64,000 nt of DNA from Candidatus Dojkabacteria bacterium (GTDB lineage Bacteria; Patescibacteriota; Dojkabacteria; SC72). The stretch is taken from assembly GCA_035271645.1 (NCBI GenBank), contig DATERJ010000012.1, positions 93,551 to 157,550 of the forward strand, in the 5' to 3' direction. Under the pieces are notes generated by a model that saw nothing but the letters and a program-made list of their open reading frames with translations, searched no databases and was not told where the DNA came from. The position numbers and the translations under genes were made by a program. Positions 1 through 8,590 of this stretch are shown here, one piece after another; position 1 is the first letter of the stretch; every line of letters begins with the position of its first letter.

Positions 1-525
1 TTTAGGGAAGTAATCTTCAGATAGTGGATATGCAATTAAAATCTTTTCAGCATATTTACCAACAATTTTGTTTGAAAGCCCTACTGCAGCTGTTTGTTCA
101 TGGAGATAGATTTTTGCTTTAAAGAAGAATTTCCCAATTAAGCAAACAGGAACAGTTACGAAGCCTCCCGTGGAGATAATTATGTCAGGTTTGTATTTAC
201 TTAATATTTTGTATGAGTCTACAAAACCTAAAATGGTTCTTAGAAGTAGGTAGATTCCTCTTAAGCTAAATCTTCTCTGTAGCTTTCCTCCTCGAATATA
301 TCTTTGATTTATCCTCTCTTTCTTCATCACTTTCATATCTAATGATGAACCAGGTTTTTCTCCTACCATTCCTAAATCACTTCCAATGTAGAGGAGGTTG
401 TCGCTTGTGATTCGAAATCTCTCTTTAATTTCATCAATAATGGCTTTAGCAGCAGAAATATGTCCCCCAGAACCACCTCCTGTTATAATGATTTTCTTCT
501 TCAATTCTTCCCTTTTACTCTGCAT
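1..525 (-). CDS. murG: MurG, UDP-GlcNAc:lipid I GlcNAc transferase (N-terminal part; 3' end runs off the window)
   Basis: Translating the minus strand from the ATG at 523-525 gives MQSKREELKKKIIITGGGSGGHISAAKAIIDEIKERF..., which carries the MurG N-terminal GGTGGH motif. Its start overlaps the ftsW stop, as in dcw clusters. Confidence 0.8.
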   Translation of the reverse strand, partial: MQSKREELKKKIIITGGGSGGHISAAKAIIDEIKERFRITSDNLLYIGSDLGMVGEKPGSSLDMKVMKKERINQRYIRGGKLQRRFSLRGIYLLLRTILGFVDSYKILSKYKPDIIISTGGFVTVPVCLIGKFFFKAKIYLHEQTAAVGLSNKIVGKYAEKILIAYPLSEDYFPK

Positions 526-1714
526 TCTTACTTGTCGAATATTTACTAATGTTTAATAGTATACCAATTCCCACTAGTGTAGTGACAGTACCAGAGCCAC
601 CATAGCTAAGAAGTGGTGCTGGTATTCCTGTGAGTGGTATGAGTCCTACATTGGCAGCCATATTAAGAAGTGCTTGTACTGTCAACCATGTTGATATACC
701 AATAGCGAGGAGTTTACCAGCTTTGTCTGGTGCACTATTAGCAATCTTTATCCCTCTTAAGAAGAACAAGACCCATGTAATTATTAAAATTACTCCACCC
801 AAGAATCCTAGCTCTTCTAAAATGACTGCGAAGATAGAGTCTGTGAATGCTGTACTTTCTACCAAATACCCAAATCTCTGTCTTGATTGCCCAAAACCTT
901 TACCAAAGAAGCCACCAGATCCAATTCCAATTAATATCTGATGTATTTGGTATCCTGCACCTCTAGGATCAGAAACCTCACCGTTTAGGAGAAGATGTAT
1001 GTATGTCTTGATTCTTTCTAATCTATACGGTGCTAATATTGCGGCAATTAAACCTAGTGGTGTGAAAAGAGCAAGAAGACTAAGTATTGAATATTTAGCA
1101 TGATCTTTGTGATTCTTTGCAACAAAGAACATGGCGAATGCAGTAAAGGCAATGATAGCTGTAGTTCCTAGGTCGGGTTCGAGTATGATTAAAACAGCTA
1201 CTAGTCCCAATATCACAAAAAAGCTAATTAGTACCTTCAAGAAATTACCTTTCAAATCTACTTTTACTTCATCTTTGAAGTATGAGGCTTTTGACATCCA
1301 ACTTGAGAAGTAGAGAACTATTGCGAGTTTTGCAAATTCTGCAGGTTGGAAGTTGCCAAATCCTGGTAATGTAAACCACCTTTTTGCACCATTGATATCT
1401 TCTCCTAGAGCAAGGACTAAAACTAACAAGATAATGACAACAATTAATATAGGTAATGAGAGTTTAAGAAGTTTTCTGTAATCCCAGAAGTACATAAGTG
1501 TTGCTAAAAGTCCTCCGATGATTAACCACCCTATCTGTGATTTTAGGAAGTAAAACGGGTCTCCGAAGATTTCATTTGCTTTAAACACACTTGCATCAAA
1601 AATCATGATGGCTCCAAATATTGCCATTATGATAAAGAAAGTGAGTATTACCTTGTCAGGTGAATACTTTTGTTTAATTCTTTTCTTCTTGGGTTGTTTT
1701 GGGTCTCTCGACAT
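515..1714 (-). CDS. ftsW: SEDS-family peptidoglycan glycosyltransferase FtsW/RodA
   Basis: 399-aa polytopic membrane protein with SEDS-like motifs (…PDLGT…, …GYQIHQ…, C-terminal …SYGGSGT…). It sits immediately upstream of murG. Confidence 0.85.
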   Translation of the reverse strand: MSRDPKQPKKKRIKQKYSPDKVILTFFIIMAIFGAIMIFDASVFKANEIFGDPFYFLKSQIGWLIIGGLLATLMYFWDYRKLLKLSLPILIVVIILLVLVLALGEDINGAKRWFTLPGFGNFQPAEFAKLAIVLYFSSWMSKASYFKDEVKVDLKGNFLKVLISFFVILGLVAVLIILEPDLGTTAIIAFTAFAMFFVAKNHKDHAKYSILSLLALFTPLGLIAAILAPYRLERIKTYIHLLLNGEVSDPRGAGYQIHQILIGIGSGGFFGKGFGQSRQRFGYLVESTAFTDSIFAVILEELGFLGGVILIITWVLFFLRGIKIANSAPDKAGKLLAIGISTWLTVQALLNMAANVGLIPLTGIPAPLLSYGGSGTVTTLVGIGILLNISKYSTSKNAE

Positions 1715-1744
1715 ATGTTAATTATTAATATACTATATATACTA

Positions 1745-2344
1745 ATGAATATGAAGAATCTACTTTTTGTTGTAGGTGGTCCCGGTAGTAGTGGTTCATC
1801 TACAATTGCTAAAATGTTAGCTGAGTATTTTAATGTAGAAAGGGTGTATTCGGGGGCTGTTTTTAGAGAGGTTGTTGCATCTCAGGGGTATAAAACTTTG
1901 GATGACTTCTACATTGCAAACAAGGATAACAAAGAGAAGTTTTTTGAGATTGATAGGAAGGTCGACTCTTTTATGTTAGAGAGAGCAAAGGAAGGTAATG
2001 CTTTGATGGATTCAAAGGCTTTTGCAGGTTTGGCCACGATAAATGGGATTTCTTGTACTGCAAAGATATGGTTGGAAGCAAATATTGATACTAGGATAAA
2101 GAGGTTTTTGGGTAAGCAAGAGAATTTAACACCACTTAAAAAAGTATTTCTCTACATTAAGACATTTTTTGATTTGACTAGGAGGAGAAAAGCAGATGGT
2201 AAGAGGTTCAAGGAGTTGTATGGGATAGAATATGGTAATCCAGAGTTGTATAATGATATTGTGTTGGATACTAGTGATATTGGTGTGAAAGAAACATTTG
2301 ATTTAATTTTATCTAAGCTTAAAGATGGAGAATACATCAGTTGA
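1745..2344 (+). CDS. Putative cytidylate kinase, archaeal type (P-loop nucleotide kinase)
   Basis: MNMKNLLFVVGGPGSSGSSTIAKMLA… has a G-rich P-loop without Lys, as in archaeal-type CMP kinases, and a VYSGAVFRE motif. The ATG at 1745 is preferred over the track start at 1670, which overlaps ftsW. Confidence 0.45.
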   Translation: MNMKNLLFVVGGPGSSGSSTIAKMLAEYFNVERVYSGAVFREVVASQGYKTLDDFYIANKDNKEKFFEIDRKVDSFMLERAKEGNALMDSKAFAGLATINGISCTAKIWLEANIDTRIKRFLGKQENLTPLKKVFLYIKTFFDLTRRRKADGKRFKELYGIEYGNPELYNDIVLDTSDIGVKETFDLILSKLKDGEYIS

Positions 2345-2552
2345 AAATATACAAACCCCACCTATTCCACCAAGTGGTGTGCCAATTGAATTTTCTAAAG
2401 AGAATCCAAATCCTGTTAATGAAGATTTAGATAGTATGTGGTTGAGATGGAAGTGTTTGGTTTGTGGTTATGTTCATGAGGGTGCTATACCACTTAAGGT
2501 TTGTCCAAAGTGTGGGAATAGTAATCCTGATAAGTTTGATGATGCTGAATAA
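2325..2552 (+). CDS. Small rubredoxin-like zinc-ribbon protein
   Basis: C-terminal WKCLVCGYVHEG…CPKCG gives a CxxC…CxxC knuckle typical of rubredoxin-like domains. Confidence 0.5.
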   Translation: MENTSVENIQTPPIPPSGVPIEFSKENPNPVNEDLDSMWLRWKCLVCGYVHEGAIPLKVCPKCGNSNPDKFDDAE

Positions 2553-2559
2553 TTGTTAG

Positions 2560-2935
2560 GTTTGTAGTTTTTAGGGAATATGAGGAGAGAGAGAATGCAG
2601 GGGGTGTTGTTACATAGCAAGGCGGTTGTAAACCGGCAGGCAGCTTGCACAAACCCACTTTTTACCGCAAACCTCTCTCCTTTTTGTTCTAAAATTATAT
2701 GTATATAATTTTAGATAGGACCATCTCGGATTCTGTTTCCGTTCATTGTACCTCCATACAATGTTTTTGTTTCTCCACAAACGTGTTTGTGAAGTTGATT
2801 TACAAGGAGAGCAGCCGAGCAGGCATGAAGCCTGATGTCGTGTACGCGGTGCTTCCCTGTTGTTAACTTTTCAGATCTAGTCAGAATCGAGATGACTAGT
2901 TCTTTTTTTAAGAGCTAGGATTTTATTATCCTACA
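2560..2935 (-). ncRNA. Candidate ~380-nt non-coding transcript B driven by a consensus sigma70 promoter (identity unknown)
   Basis: No ORF of 60 aa or more; it lies between convergent genes. The perfect TTGACA-N17-TATAAT promoter at 2939-2967 (minus strand) points into it. It contains a GGAGAGAGAG…CCUCUCUCC long-range pairing and an SRP-helix-8-like stretch. Confidence 0.25.
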
Positions 2936-2938
2936 TAC

Positions 2939-2979
2939 ATTATATAATATTCTTTGAGAAATGTCAATACTATGGGTTG
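2939..2979 (-). promoter_or_regulatory. Consensus sigma70 promoter (TTGACA-17-TATAAT) with upstream CCAACCCATAG motif
   Basis: Minus-strand reading is CCAACCCATAGTATTGACATTTCTCAAAGAATATTATATAATG. The -35 is plus 2962-2967, the -10 is plus 2939-2944, and the spacer is exactly 17 nt. Confidence 0.6.
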
Positions 2980-2994
2980 GGACTTGTAAAGTCC

Positions 2995-3370
2995 ACATTA
3001 CAACTGATTAATTTGGTTATAATAGAGAATACAAGTGATAATAAAGTTTTAGTTTTTAAGGAAATAAGGGTGAGAGGGGCGAGTGCAAACAAATGGGTTT
3101 GTTAACCACTAATGTGGCAACTCGTTGAAGTCCCCTCCCACCAAGCTCTTATTAAGAGTCGTTATCTGCCAATAAGCAGAATAAAATTCCGATTGCAAAG
3201 TAAAGACAGGAGTCACAAGCACCTAGATGATGCAGGACTTCAGTCTATGCCTCACTTAAAAAAATGTAAAGTGGGCACAAGAGCCACAAAACCAATATGG
3301 TTTGGGTCAAAGACGTCTCACGATGTCGGAAAAGTGACACTTTTTAAGAGCTAGGATATATTATCCTACA
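2995..3370 (-). ncRNA. Candidate ~380-nt non-coding transcript A driven by a second copy of the same consensus promoter (identity unknown)
   Basis: Same promoter module at 3374-3416 (minus strand). There is no credible ORF; the 80-aa plus-strand ORF at 3112-3354 lacks an RBS and context. The plus-strand complement holds a 76-nt tRNA-like stretch ending in CCACCA at 3141. Confidence 0.25.
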
Positions 3371-3373
3371 CAC

Positions 3374-3416
3374 ATTATATAATATTCTTTGAGAAATGTC
3401 AACACACTATGGGTTA
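3374..3416 (-). promoter_or_regulatory. Consensus sigma70 promoter (TTGACA-17-TATAAT), copy 2 of the ~90-bp repeat
   Basis: Minus-strand reading is CCTTAACCCATAGTGTGTTGACATTTCTCAAAGAATATTATATAATG. The -35 is plus 3397-3402 and the -10 is plus 3374-3379. Confidence 0.6.
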
Positions 3417-3420
3417 AGGC

Positions 3421-4254
3421 TTACAGTCTAGATCCTTTATACTTAAACAACACGGATGGTCTATGTCCCCCTCCTGTTTTCATATTCTTTGTTTTTGTGA
3501 CTTTATTTTTAATAATTCTTCTAAAGGCAGCATCTAATAACTTCTTACCTAATATCACTTCATAGACTTGTTGTAATTCCCCTAGTGTAAATAACTCAGG
3601 CATCATATTAAAAACAATATCAGTATACTCTATCTTGTTTTTTAATCTTTCAATTCCAAGAGCAATTATAGAAGCGTGATCAAAAGCAAGATACTTGTTT
3701 TCGACAGCATCATACTGATACTTCTCTGTGGTATGTTGGATTAAACGTTTTTCTACAGTAAAGCTAATCTGTTCCTTATCACTTTTTAATTTAATATCAA
3801 TATATTGTCCTCTTTCCTTTATTGTAATATCAAACCAAGCAGCATTAGAAGGCAATTTGTCACTAAGTAGATTTTTATCTATTAATGACATATATGCAAC
3901 ACTTAAAACTCTCATTCTAGGGTCTCTATTAACCTCTCCCATTGTATATAACTGTTCTGTATATATATCATGGAGATTTGCTTCATCTGCCAACACTCTT
4001 TCTACAGCATCTTCTATTGTTTCTTTAACATCAATAAAGCCTCCAGGTAAACACCATTTATCCTTAAAGGGATGAGTATTTCTCTTAACTAGAAGAACGG
4101 AGAAATTCTTTTTGTTAAGCTTTCTATAGTTTGTTGTAGGTGTGTCTGAAACACTAAAAATCAGTATATCAACAGTAGCGGATAAGCGTTCATATTTGCT
4201 AGGATCATAGTGTTTTAGAAACTCCTTTTCTGATTTATATTGTTTTTCTTTCAT
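3421..4254 (-). CDS. nrtR: NrtR-family Nudix-related transcriptional regulator of NAD metabolism
   Basis: Nudix box GGFIDVKETIEDAVERVLADEANL plus a C-terminal winged-helix tail. It is the last gene of the nadD-nadE-pncA-pncB operon, the typical NrtR context. Confidence 0.7.
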   Translation of the reverse strand: MKEKQYKSEKEFLKHYDPSKYERLSATVDILIFSVSDTPTTNYRKLNKKNFSVLLVKRNTHPFKDKWCLPGGFIDVKETIEDAVERVLADEANLHDIYTEQLYTMGEVNRDPRMRVLSVAYMSLIDKNLLSDKLPSNAAWFDITIKERGQYIDIKLKSDKEQISFTVEKRLIQHTTEKYQYDAVENKYLAFDHASIIALGIERLKNKIEYTDIVFNMMPELFTLGELQQVYEVILGKKLLDAAFRRIIKNKVTKTKNMKTGGGHRPSVLFKYKGSRL

Positions 4255-4828
4255 AAAGCTGTTTCTCTCTAATATATTTTAGTATATTTTCATCTAAATG
4301 TCTTTTTAAAATCTTACTATCATCTTTTTTTAATAATTCTTTACGTATAATTGTTGAAGAAATGTTGTAGTTATAGTTGGGTGTTACTAAGGTAATCTTT
4401 TTTTCATACTCTTTCAATTCTTCTGGAAAGAAGAAAGGTTCTCTTTTGATGACAATGAGTGGGTAATTTTCTAATATATACCTATACTCTCTCCATGTTG
4501 TGAAATTTTCAAGGTTGTCACTACCACATATTAGATAGATATCATCAGAAGGATAAAGAGATTGAAAATGGTCTAAGGTTTGGTATGCATATACCAATTC
4601 TTTATTTTGCTCGAAGTTGGAAACAGAAATGTTTTCTTCATCTTCGGTCATAATCTGTAACATTTTATACCTATGTTTGTTAGGTACTAAATCATTTTTG
4701 TCGTACCTATCTCCAGTTGGGACAAAGATAACATTGTCAACGTAGCCTCCGTTTACAATGTTTTTCGCTATTTGATAGTGTGCCTTGTGTGGTGGATTAA
4801 AAGATCCTCCAAATATTCCAATTCTCAT
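4235..4828 (-). CDS. nadD: Nicotinate/nicotinamide mononucleotide adenylyltransferase
   Basis: MRIGIFGGSFNPPHKAHYQIA carries the (H/T)xGH nucleotidyltransferase motif and matches the NadD fold length. Confidence 0.8.
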   Translation of the reverse strand: MRIGIFGGSFNPPHKAHYQIAKNIVNGGYVDNVIFVPTGDRYDKNDLVPNKHRYKMLQIMTEDEENISVSNFEQNKELVYAYQTLDHFQSLYPSDDIYLICGSDNLENFTTWREYRYILENYPLIVIKREPFFFPEELKEYEKKITLVTPNYNYNISSTIIRKELLKKDDSKILKRHLDENILKYIREKQLYERKTI

Positions 4829-5587
4829 CTACCTTCTGTATGTTGGTATACTGAATTTATGTTGTGAGTTCTCATGCATTTTCTTAATCTTCTCTCTAGC
4901 ATCTTTTGACACCTTGTTAGGGTCTTCCATGTAATCAGCAACTTGGTTGTAGTTTATTCCTAACTTCTCTTCATCTGTTTTGCCGGAGAGGCCATCATCT
5001 GGGGTTTTGTAAAGGCAAGCCTTTGGTACCTTTAGATATTCTCCAATCTTAATGACTTCTTCTACTGTATAGTCTGCAATTGTTGCCATGTCACTTGCAC
5101 CATCACCCCATTTTGTAAAGTAGCCAATAAATATTTCGCACTTGTTTGATGTTCCAGCAACGATATGTTGTTTTCCTGTTTTTGCAGTCATATATGCTGC
5201 GATGTAGTAAAGGGTAGCCATTCTCATTCGTGGTTTTACATTGATATCTGCATTAAGCATATATTTTTCATCTTCCCCTACTACCTTTGTGACTTCTTTT
5301 TTAAATGTATCGTATGTTTCTGTAAGTTCAAAGGAGAGTAAATCTACACCATAGTAGTCGGCAACTTCTTGAGCATCTTTCATATCTTGAGATCTAGAAT
5401 GGCAAGGCATCCATACACCAACAACATTCTCCTTGCCAAGTGCTTTAACAAGAAGTCCTAGTACTATTCCACTATCCTTTCCTCCGCTAACTCCAATGAC
5501 TACTCCACCAAGATTATATTTTTTGAAGTGATTTCTGATGAACCGTACTATGTTTTTAGTTTCCTTCTCTGCATCAAACTCTTTCAT
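4829..5587 (-). CDS. nadE: NH3-dependent NAD+ synthetase
   Basis: VVIGVSGGKDSGIV carries the SGGxDS PP-loop; 252 aa. Confidence 0.85.
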   Translation of the reverse strand: MKEFDAEKETKNIVRFIRNHFKKYNLGGVVIGVSGGKDSGIVLGLLVKALGKENVVGVWMPCHSRSQDMKDAQEVADYYGVDLLSFELTETYDTFKKEVTKVVGEDEKYMLNADINVKPRMRMATLYYIAAYMTAKTGKQHIVAGTSNKCEIFIGYFTKWGDGASDMATIADYTVEEVIKIGEYLKVPKACLYKTPDDGLSGKTDEEKLGINYNQVADYMEDPNKVSKDAREKIKKMHENSQHKFSIPTYRR

Positions 5588-5615
5588 TTCATTCTTTTGT
5601 TAATTTAATAAGTTA

Positions 5616-6266
5616 TTAACTAAGAGGGTATGACTCTTCCCATTCGTTGTCAATATCTGTTTCTTGCTTATACTCCGGAACGACTATTACTCCTGCTCCC
5701 TTCATCCATTCTAATGCTTCATGGCTTCTTTCCTCTCTGTTTTTACCATTTACCTCGCCACGGAATGTGTCAACAGCATTTTCTGGAACAATGAGTTTTG
5801 TTTCACTTTTCCTCTCATCTAAATAGTCTTGAAGTGATAATGCTAGGTGTAAAACACAGATATCTGTGCAACAACCGACAATTACAATTTCATCTAGATT
5901 ACTTTCTATTTTTTGTAATTCTTTGCAAAATTCATCACTTTCCATAGCGTTTGTTGAGTCTTTTTTACATATAGTTGCTTCTCCACGCTCTACATATCCC
6001 TTTAACGCATCAATAGGTTCTGCTTCTTCAGTCTTATCGAGACAATGGACAGGATAATTTTTAAACTCTTCGCTATTCTCATTATGTGCATCATTAGCGT
6101 AGATAACACGACCCCCTGCTGTTAAGAATTTGTCTATGAGCTGAGTGATTGCAGGTACTATTTGACCAATATTTGGGTCTGCAAGTGCACCTTTTTCGAC
6201 AAAACCCTTATTCATATCTACTACAACTAGTAGTTTTCGATATTGGTTTAAATCTTTGTTTTTCAT
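5616..6266 (-). CDS. pncA: Nicotinamidase, isochorismatase family
   Basis: Catalytic D (VVVDMNKGF), K (ICKKDSTNA) and C (VGCCTDICV) triad in isochorismatase-like spacing. Confidence 0.75.
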   Translation of the reverse strand: MKNKDLNQYRKLLVVVDMNKGFVEKGALADPNIGQIVPAITQLIDKFLTAGGRVIYANDAHNENSEEFKNYPVHCLDKTEEAEPIDALKGYVERGEATICKKDSTNAMESDEFCKELQKIESNLDEIVIVGCCTDICVLHLALSLQDYLDERKSETKLIVPENAVDTFRGEVNGKNREERSHEALEWMKGAGVIVVPEYKQETDIDNEWEESYPLS

Positions 6267-6441
6267 TTAATGTGAATAATAATTTATTTTGATATTAACA
6301 TTATGACAAAAACAGGGCTTTTTGTCAAGGGGTTGTCTATATTTATGAAAAAAGCACCACTTGAGGTTGGTTTAAGATATTAGAATGTACATTGTTGTAC
6401 ATATATCTTACCTCTTGTGGTGCTTTTCCGTTCCTTATTGT

Positions 6442-7887
6442 TTAGCAGTATTGAACGCCTCTTTGTTCAAAGATCATTCGATTCCTCATATCTGCCAGTT
6501 TGACAGAAAGGTCAACGTAGTAGCCATGCGGATTGTCTAAACGTATGACTTCTGGATAGAGAGTTTGAAATTCTCTTGAACAATAATCCTGGCTCTCTTC
6601 GAGTGATGGGACATTGTAAACTAACTCTCCCTTTTGGAAAATTGGAACTTGAAGTTCTTTCAATATATAATTCGACAGATCTTTGTATTTCCAAGGATGA
6701 TTATGGTCTACTAACCTATACTGGTCGGTAGGAATTACCTCATCTGCTAAGGCAACTAAGTCGCCAAGAGCAAAGCGAGTATCCTTATCGTAGAAACGAT
6801 ATACCTTCTTAAACCCTGGTGTGGTAGTCTTTGTATTGTCTTCGCTCACTTTGATTGTAGGAATGATTAAACGGCCCTTTTTTATTGCAGCAAGCTTGTA
6901 GACACCTCCAAAAACGGGGGTTCTTTTTGAAGTGATGAGGTTTTCACCAACTCCAAAGGAATCGATGGGTGCTCCCTGTGCAAGCAGACTTTGGATAGTG
7001 TACTCATCCAAGGAATTGGATGCTACAATTTTGCAGTCTTGTAATCCTGCCTCATCAAGCATTTTTCTTGCTTGCTTGGCAAGGTAGGCTAAGTCCCCAC
7101 TATCCAAACGAATACCCTTCAATCTTTGACCTAGAGGTTCAAGATATTCCTTTGCTACTCTTATAGCATTAGGTACTCCACTTCTTAGTGTGTCGTATGT
7201 ATCTACGAGTAGCACAGTATTGTGTGGAAACTCTCTTGCATATGCAATGAAAGCTTCATATTCAGTATCAAATTGGGTTACGAGACTATGTGCCATAGTT
7301 CCAAGTAGTGGAACATTGTACTCTAACCCTGTTCCATAGCACGATGTGCCAGCGCACCCTGCCATGTAAGCATATTTCGCGCCGTTGATAGCTGCTGTTA
7401 GTCCTTGTGCTCTTCGAGCTCCGAACTCCATTACTGATCTTCCTGCTGCGGCATGGACAATTCTTTTTGCCTTGGTAGCAATCATTGACCCATGATTGAA
7501 GCGATTCAATATGTCTGTCTCAATGATTTTTGCTTCAATTGCTGGAGCCCATACTGTTATTACAGGCTCGTTTGGGAAAATGGGTGTACCATCTGGAATG
7601 GCATACACATCTCCAGTAAACTTGAATGTTCTTAAATATTCTAAGAACTCTTTTTTCAAGTCACTATTCTTGCTCAGGTAGTCTATTTCTTCCTTAGAGA
7701 ATGACAGGTTCTGAATGTAATCGATGATTTCATTTAAACCTGCACTTATAGAGTACCCCTTCTGTTCTGCTCCTTCTCGTCTATCGTTTCTGAAATAGAC
7801 ATCAAAGCATTGCCATAGGTTTTTGAAGCCGTGAAAGTAATCAACCTGAGCCATTGTTAGCTCATAAAAATCTACAACTTTTTTCAT
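6442..7887 (-). CDS. pncB: Nicotinate phosphoribosyltransferase
   Basis: 481 aa. N-terminal YELTMAQ… and central motifs are typical of class I NAPRTases. It completes the pncA/pncB/nadD/nadE salvage set. Confidence 0.8.
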   Translation of the reverse strand: MKKVVDFYELTMAQVDYFHGFKNLWQCFDVYFRNDRREGAEQKGYSISAGLNEIIDYIQNLSFSKEEIDYLSKNSDLKKEFLEYLRTFKFTGDVYAIPDGTPIFPNEPVITVWAPAIEAKIIETDILNRFNHGSMIATKAKRIVHAAAGRSVMEFGARRAQGLTAAINGAKYAYMAGCAGTSCYGTGLEYNVPLLGTMAHSLVTQFDTEYEAFIAYAREFPHNTVLLVDTYDTLRSGVPNAIRVAKEYLEPLGQRLKGIRLDSGDLAYLAKQARKMLDEAGLQDCKIVASNSLDEYTIQSLLAQGAPIDSFGVGENLITSKRTPVFGGVYKLAAIKKGRLIIPTIKVSEDNTKTTTPGFKKVYRFYDKDTRFALGDLVALADEVIPTDQYRLVDHNHPWKYKDLSNYILKELQVPIFQKGELVYNVPSLEESQDYCSREFQTLYPEVIRLDNPHGYYVDLSVKLADMRNRMIFEQRGVQYC

Positions 7888-7957
7888 TATGTTTCTCCTT
7901 TACTACTTGACTATTTCTATATATTTTTCTAATTTTTAAAGAACAATAAGGAACGAT

Positions 7958-8000
7958 GTGTAAATTCACTAAGTGATATATTTACACATGCATTATATCA
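7958..8000 (-). promoter_or_regulatory. Extended -10 promoter (TGaTATAAT) for the NAD operon, with a nested perfect palindrome that is a candidate NrtR operator
   Basis: Minus-strand CTGATATAAT lies at plus 7992-8000. At 7958-7987 is GTGTAAAT-tcactaagtgatat-ATTTACAC, an 8-bp perfect inverted repeat enclosing the TCACTAAGTGA palindrome, positioned at the expected TSS. Confidence 0.45.
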
Positions 8001-8017
8001 GAAACCCACCACATATG

Positions 8018-8590
8018 CTATAGGGTTTGTGCTTCTAGATATTTTAATGCCTTTTTTAAAATAACTTCCCTGTTTTTCGATGTGTCAAAAAATTTTATAT
8101 TTAAATCTTTACACTCTTTTTCTAAAACTTTGCTGAACTTAATGTTCGAAACCACAATCTTTCTTAGCTTATCTTTACTTAAACCATAGGACCAGGAACA
8201 TTTGGGGTCATGTTTTTGAATTAATTCTATCTTCTTCTCTGTGGTTATATTGGGATAACCAAGGAATATTACTATAGTGTCTTTATTGTTTAGATTTGCA
8301 ACATCTCGAGGGTATAATGTCGGAATATCAAATATGTAAAAATGTTTGTTGATATTAGAGTTGTTTGACCCTGTGATGCTGTTCATAAGCTTTACCAATT
8401 TAGGGCTTGCCTGAGGCCATCTTTTCCCACTAGTTTTGACGAAGTTATTAAATATCCCTCTTTTTATACTATCCATAGGTATGTAATTGTAGTAGGATTT
8501 CTTTTTTCGTATCATGGAAGCTAAGGTGGTTTTACCAGACCTACTAGTTCCTGCAATTATGATATGTTTTTTCTTTTTAGCTTTATTCAT
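8018..8590 (-). CDS. P-loop NTPase/kinase (AAA_18/nucleoside-nucleotide kinase-like), translationally coupled to radical SAM 1
   Basis: Walker A HIIIAGTSRSGKTTLA; 190 aa. Its start overlaps the stop of the upstream radical SAM gene by 8 nt. Confidence 0.6.
   Translation of the reverse strand: MNKAKKKKHIIIAGTSRSGKTTLASMIRKKKSYYNYIPMDSIKRGIFNNFVKTSGKRWPQASPKLVKLMNSITGSNNSNINKHFYIFDIPTLYPRDVANLNNKDTIVIFLGYPNITTEKKIELIQKHDPKCSWSYGLSKDKLRKIVVSNIKFSKVLEKECKDLNIKFFDTSKNREVILKKALKYLEAQTL

Noticed and set aside
3066-3141. 76-nt plus-strand tRNA-like sequence ending in CCACCA
   Set aside because: The acceptor stem has two mismatches and there is no canonical T-loop, so it is not called as a tRNA. It is retained only as part of the ncRNA finding.
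3112-3354. 80-aa plus-strand ORF in the 870-bp gap
   Set aside because: No RBS or coding-like composition. It lies inside a region with two strong minus-strand promoters and is more likely non-coding RNA.
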